Below are positions 63,101 to 64,000 of a DNA stretch of 64,000 bases, in pieces. Location: NCBI GenBank assembly GCA_012862495.1, contig BLSG01000411.1, forward strand, positions 236,411 to 300,410. The letters run 5' to 3'. Each line of letters begins with the position of its first letter. The stretch's first letter is position 1. The translations under genes and the position numbers were made by a program. This stretch comes from Thraustochytrium aureum (taxonomy: Eukaryota). A model generated the notes under the pieces. That model did no database searches, had not been told where the DNA came from, and worked only from the letters and a program-made list of their open reading frames with translations.

Positions 63101-63640
63101 GGAGTCTGGCTGGCGGCCACAGGTATCAAACACCCAGGTAATGTACTTGAGGGCGTACGGCTTGTACTGCGTGCGGAGTCTGCCTGTGTCGTGCCCATCG
63201 TCCAAAATTGTGGCGCACTGCCGCCGGAGGGTCTCTCGAAGCAGGATGTCCCGACCCTCCGCCTCCTCGCCTGAGATTGCCTGCCCCGAATCCTGGAGGT
63301 ATTTTGTGAGCTGAGCAAAGGCGATTTCCTCATCGAACTCGCAAAGACCTGCGAGGTATCCATTGATTGACGCGTCTCGGCTGCTTGAGTTGGCAGTGAC
63401 ACTGTCAAGCTCATCGTCGTCGAGGCAGGCGCTCTCGTTTCCGTCATCGCTGGAGCTGTATTCAACCTCGTCCGCGAGGGCCTCGGCAGTAGATTCAACG
63501 TCGAGGTTCACAGTCTGCTGTCCACGCTCCAAGCTCTTTCCGGAACACACGCTTGCTTCGTCTTCATCACTGTCTTTGGCGGCTCTGACTGCTTTGCGCT
63601 TCTGCGCGGTTACGGTCTTGTTTTTCCGCGTTCGCCCCAT
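60125..63640 (-). CDS. Crypton (CryptonF-like) tyrosine recombinase: NDC10-II-like YR domain plus C-terminal GCR1_C-like domain
   Basis: YIRGE..R...LMD, QKAKN, RDRDVILCGQG, WPDISTRAAWY, AITKIGRK, HAGW, FYRSRP, GF...MPRQ, IFPSLE, VFLQDAA, PVYQHPVF; GCR1_C-like LWNLFYNG..PLLRLEE..KRWSKCKAI. Uninterrupted 1171-aa ORF. Confidence 0.85.
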   Translation of the reverse strand: MGRTRKNKTVTAQKRKAVRAAKDSDEDEASVCSGKSLERGQQTVNLDVESTAEALADEVEYSSSDDGNESACLDDDELDSVTANSSSRDASINGYLAGLCEFDEEIAFAQLTKYLQDSGQAISGEEAEGRDILLRETLRRQCATILDDGHDTGRLRTQYKPYALKYITWVFDTCGRQPDSFAGKLGFEPPFTTSPRVILFLQSEHLAHLSTDTLTKYTSAILFMFEREKICLPHLFSAVEAGPQDKMVRAYVLERKREKNQRAMKAFDESALESHLDKFDKESLRQMKISLLAQTEREAPDVKTYQLLLEKRGEAASAEERTEEEEAAFQRKAADDHRNALKTWKAECKFLANPHRILNTLAMFGCQMHTYIRGEQERDKKLMDVSAFPCPDLGTSPTQDITPYLVGVQIQKAKNIRGSHKWATFEGRDRDVILCGQGDRARLEVFQFSFHTPGGRFRAWPDISTRAAWYKRTVYVRPGPADGEKPVPYNVMRVDYHCMLKRANIHSPAITKIGRKLSDFNTADSEEIEYHAGWSVDASKKSTGAKSKSVRQLFYRSRPSTKAVRGSTGFVPDGKSWCMPRQVPMIRPGSEFWPLVALIFPSLENDIECLASPFWRASNPQSHKPEQAHLFLATQGLVDYFLYMANVFLQDAAAPWDGTLDGTPMKDKFNNLPVYQHPVFEHALWPSFQVRVRDEVRKVMTLDDYNIASLGFSQELLAALQKLAANQGQVMGLVHNATKAVEAARNSIERYRTDVRNCQIASQSAIEVAASSFDEKLLTMHAALSGRARGRAGSTSRSHDVHESDDDCGLGDESDASDLPRAQEASKRVRAPDRGQDRASRMGGGRSFLKQAKRPRVASSGSTMRTQEPTADPLQTSSSSSSHSPASQVPGAAPKPPTATRSASGQGDASRARVAAVGRPSPNIAVVSQADSKEALLAIAAGLQQPTLANEPYFLWNLFYNGVRVDDPDTGNPRFQRPLLRLEECFRAEKINKGIYAQGLSGQKRWSKCKAIAALYSLGMNEACAGIQESSASGSGNVSERRKAFADQRFAAKYDQLLADGCNVQASSAGGVLNYNRLAIYLISEESRRSLQGHPPRAQHRTVISAAPRRGEVPLPNASSSQPASSSQPSSSSLPVQPPPASQPRPPESAPTPPAPQELDNQHRANRPNVT

Positions 63641-64000
63641 TTCTGTGGTTTGCTGGCCTGGTTAGCGCCTCGTTCAGCGATCACCGGCGCCCCTTTGTGC
63701 TCTTTGGGTGCCTGCTGCTGTGCTGTTGCCGGCTGCCCTTGTTGTCTTGCGTGCTGTCGCTGAGTTGCGGTTTTGCTCACCGAGTTGATTGAACGTGTCT
63801 GGGTCTAGAGGCTGCCTTTTGCTTTGCTTCTTGGCAAGGCTCCACACCTGCTTAGCACTCTGCGCCACGAGATCCGCGCTGTGAACTCCGCGCTACACGC
63901 TCGTCGCGTTCTGCGCTGCTCGTTCGAAGCGGTGTCGTGCGTCGCCAATTTGAAAATCGCTCACGACTGGCGTTCTCGATCAATCAAACAGCAGAGTCGA

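Larger units (their letters stand above)
58440..64000. mobile_element. Putative Crypton-like DNA transposon carrying a Holliday-junction resolvase (boundaries undefined)
   Basis: Inference from the adjacent intronless YR and resolvase genes, the preceding assembly gap and the repeat-bearing non-coding flank. No termini or target-site duplication can be seen. Confidence 0.55.

Noticed and set aside
63674..63868. 64-aa minus-strand ORF upstream of the recombinase
   Set aside because: No ATG start and in-frame stops just upstream; more likely 5' UTR or promoter of the recombinase.

Overview
GC-rich, gene-dense, intron-poor eukaryotic (protist) scaffold with nine N-gaps (3672-3820, 24239-24358, 34122-34281, 36898-37001, 40427-40672, 41963-42343, 44008-44939, 46985-47191, ~57582-58439). 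Spliceosomal GT-AG introns, proteasome alpha-3, RRP8, myotubularin, a TTLL enzyme and cilium-type coiled-coil proteins point to a flagellated microbial eukaryote. A stramenopile such as a labyrinthulomycete is my guess; the sequence does not establish it. About 28 protein genes are supported. Positions 1-41 kb and 48-57.5 kb are mostly host genes, several with unusual domain architectures (C-type lectin/TM/SH3 receptor, RING-IBR fused to a MYCBP2-type RING-Cys-relay ligase, a giant ectodomain fused to PqiA/LetA-like domains). Positions 41-48 kb are a locally duplicated and inverted accessory block. The most notable feature lies after the last gap: an intact Crypton-type tyrosine recombinase (NDC10-II + GCR1_C, with KxxR in place of HxxR) tail-to-tail with a poxvirus-A22/Ydc2-type Holliday-junction resolvase, preceded by a repeat-bearing non-coding segment. 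This is a candidate two-gene mobile element whose right end may lie outside the window. All family assignments come from motif recognition by eye, not database searches.
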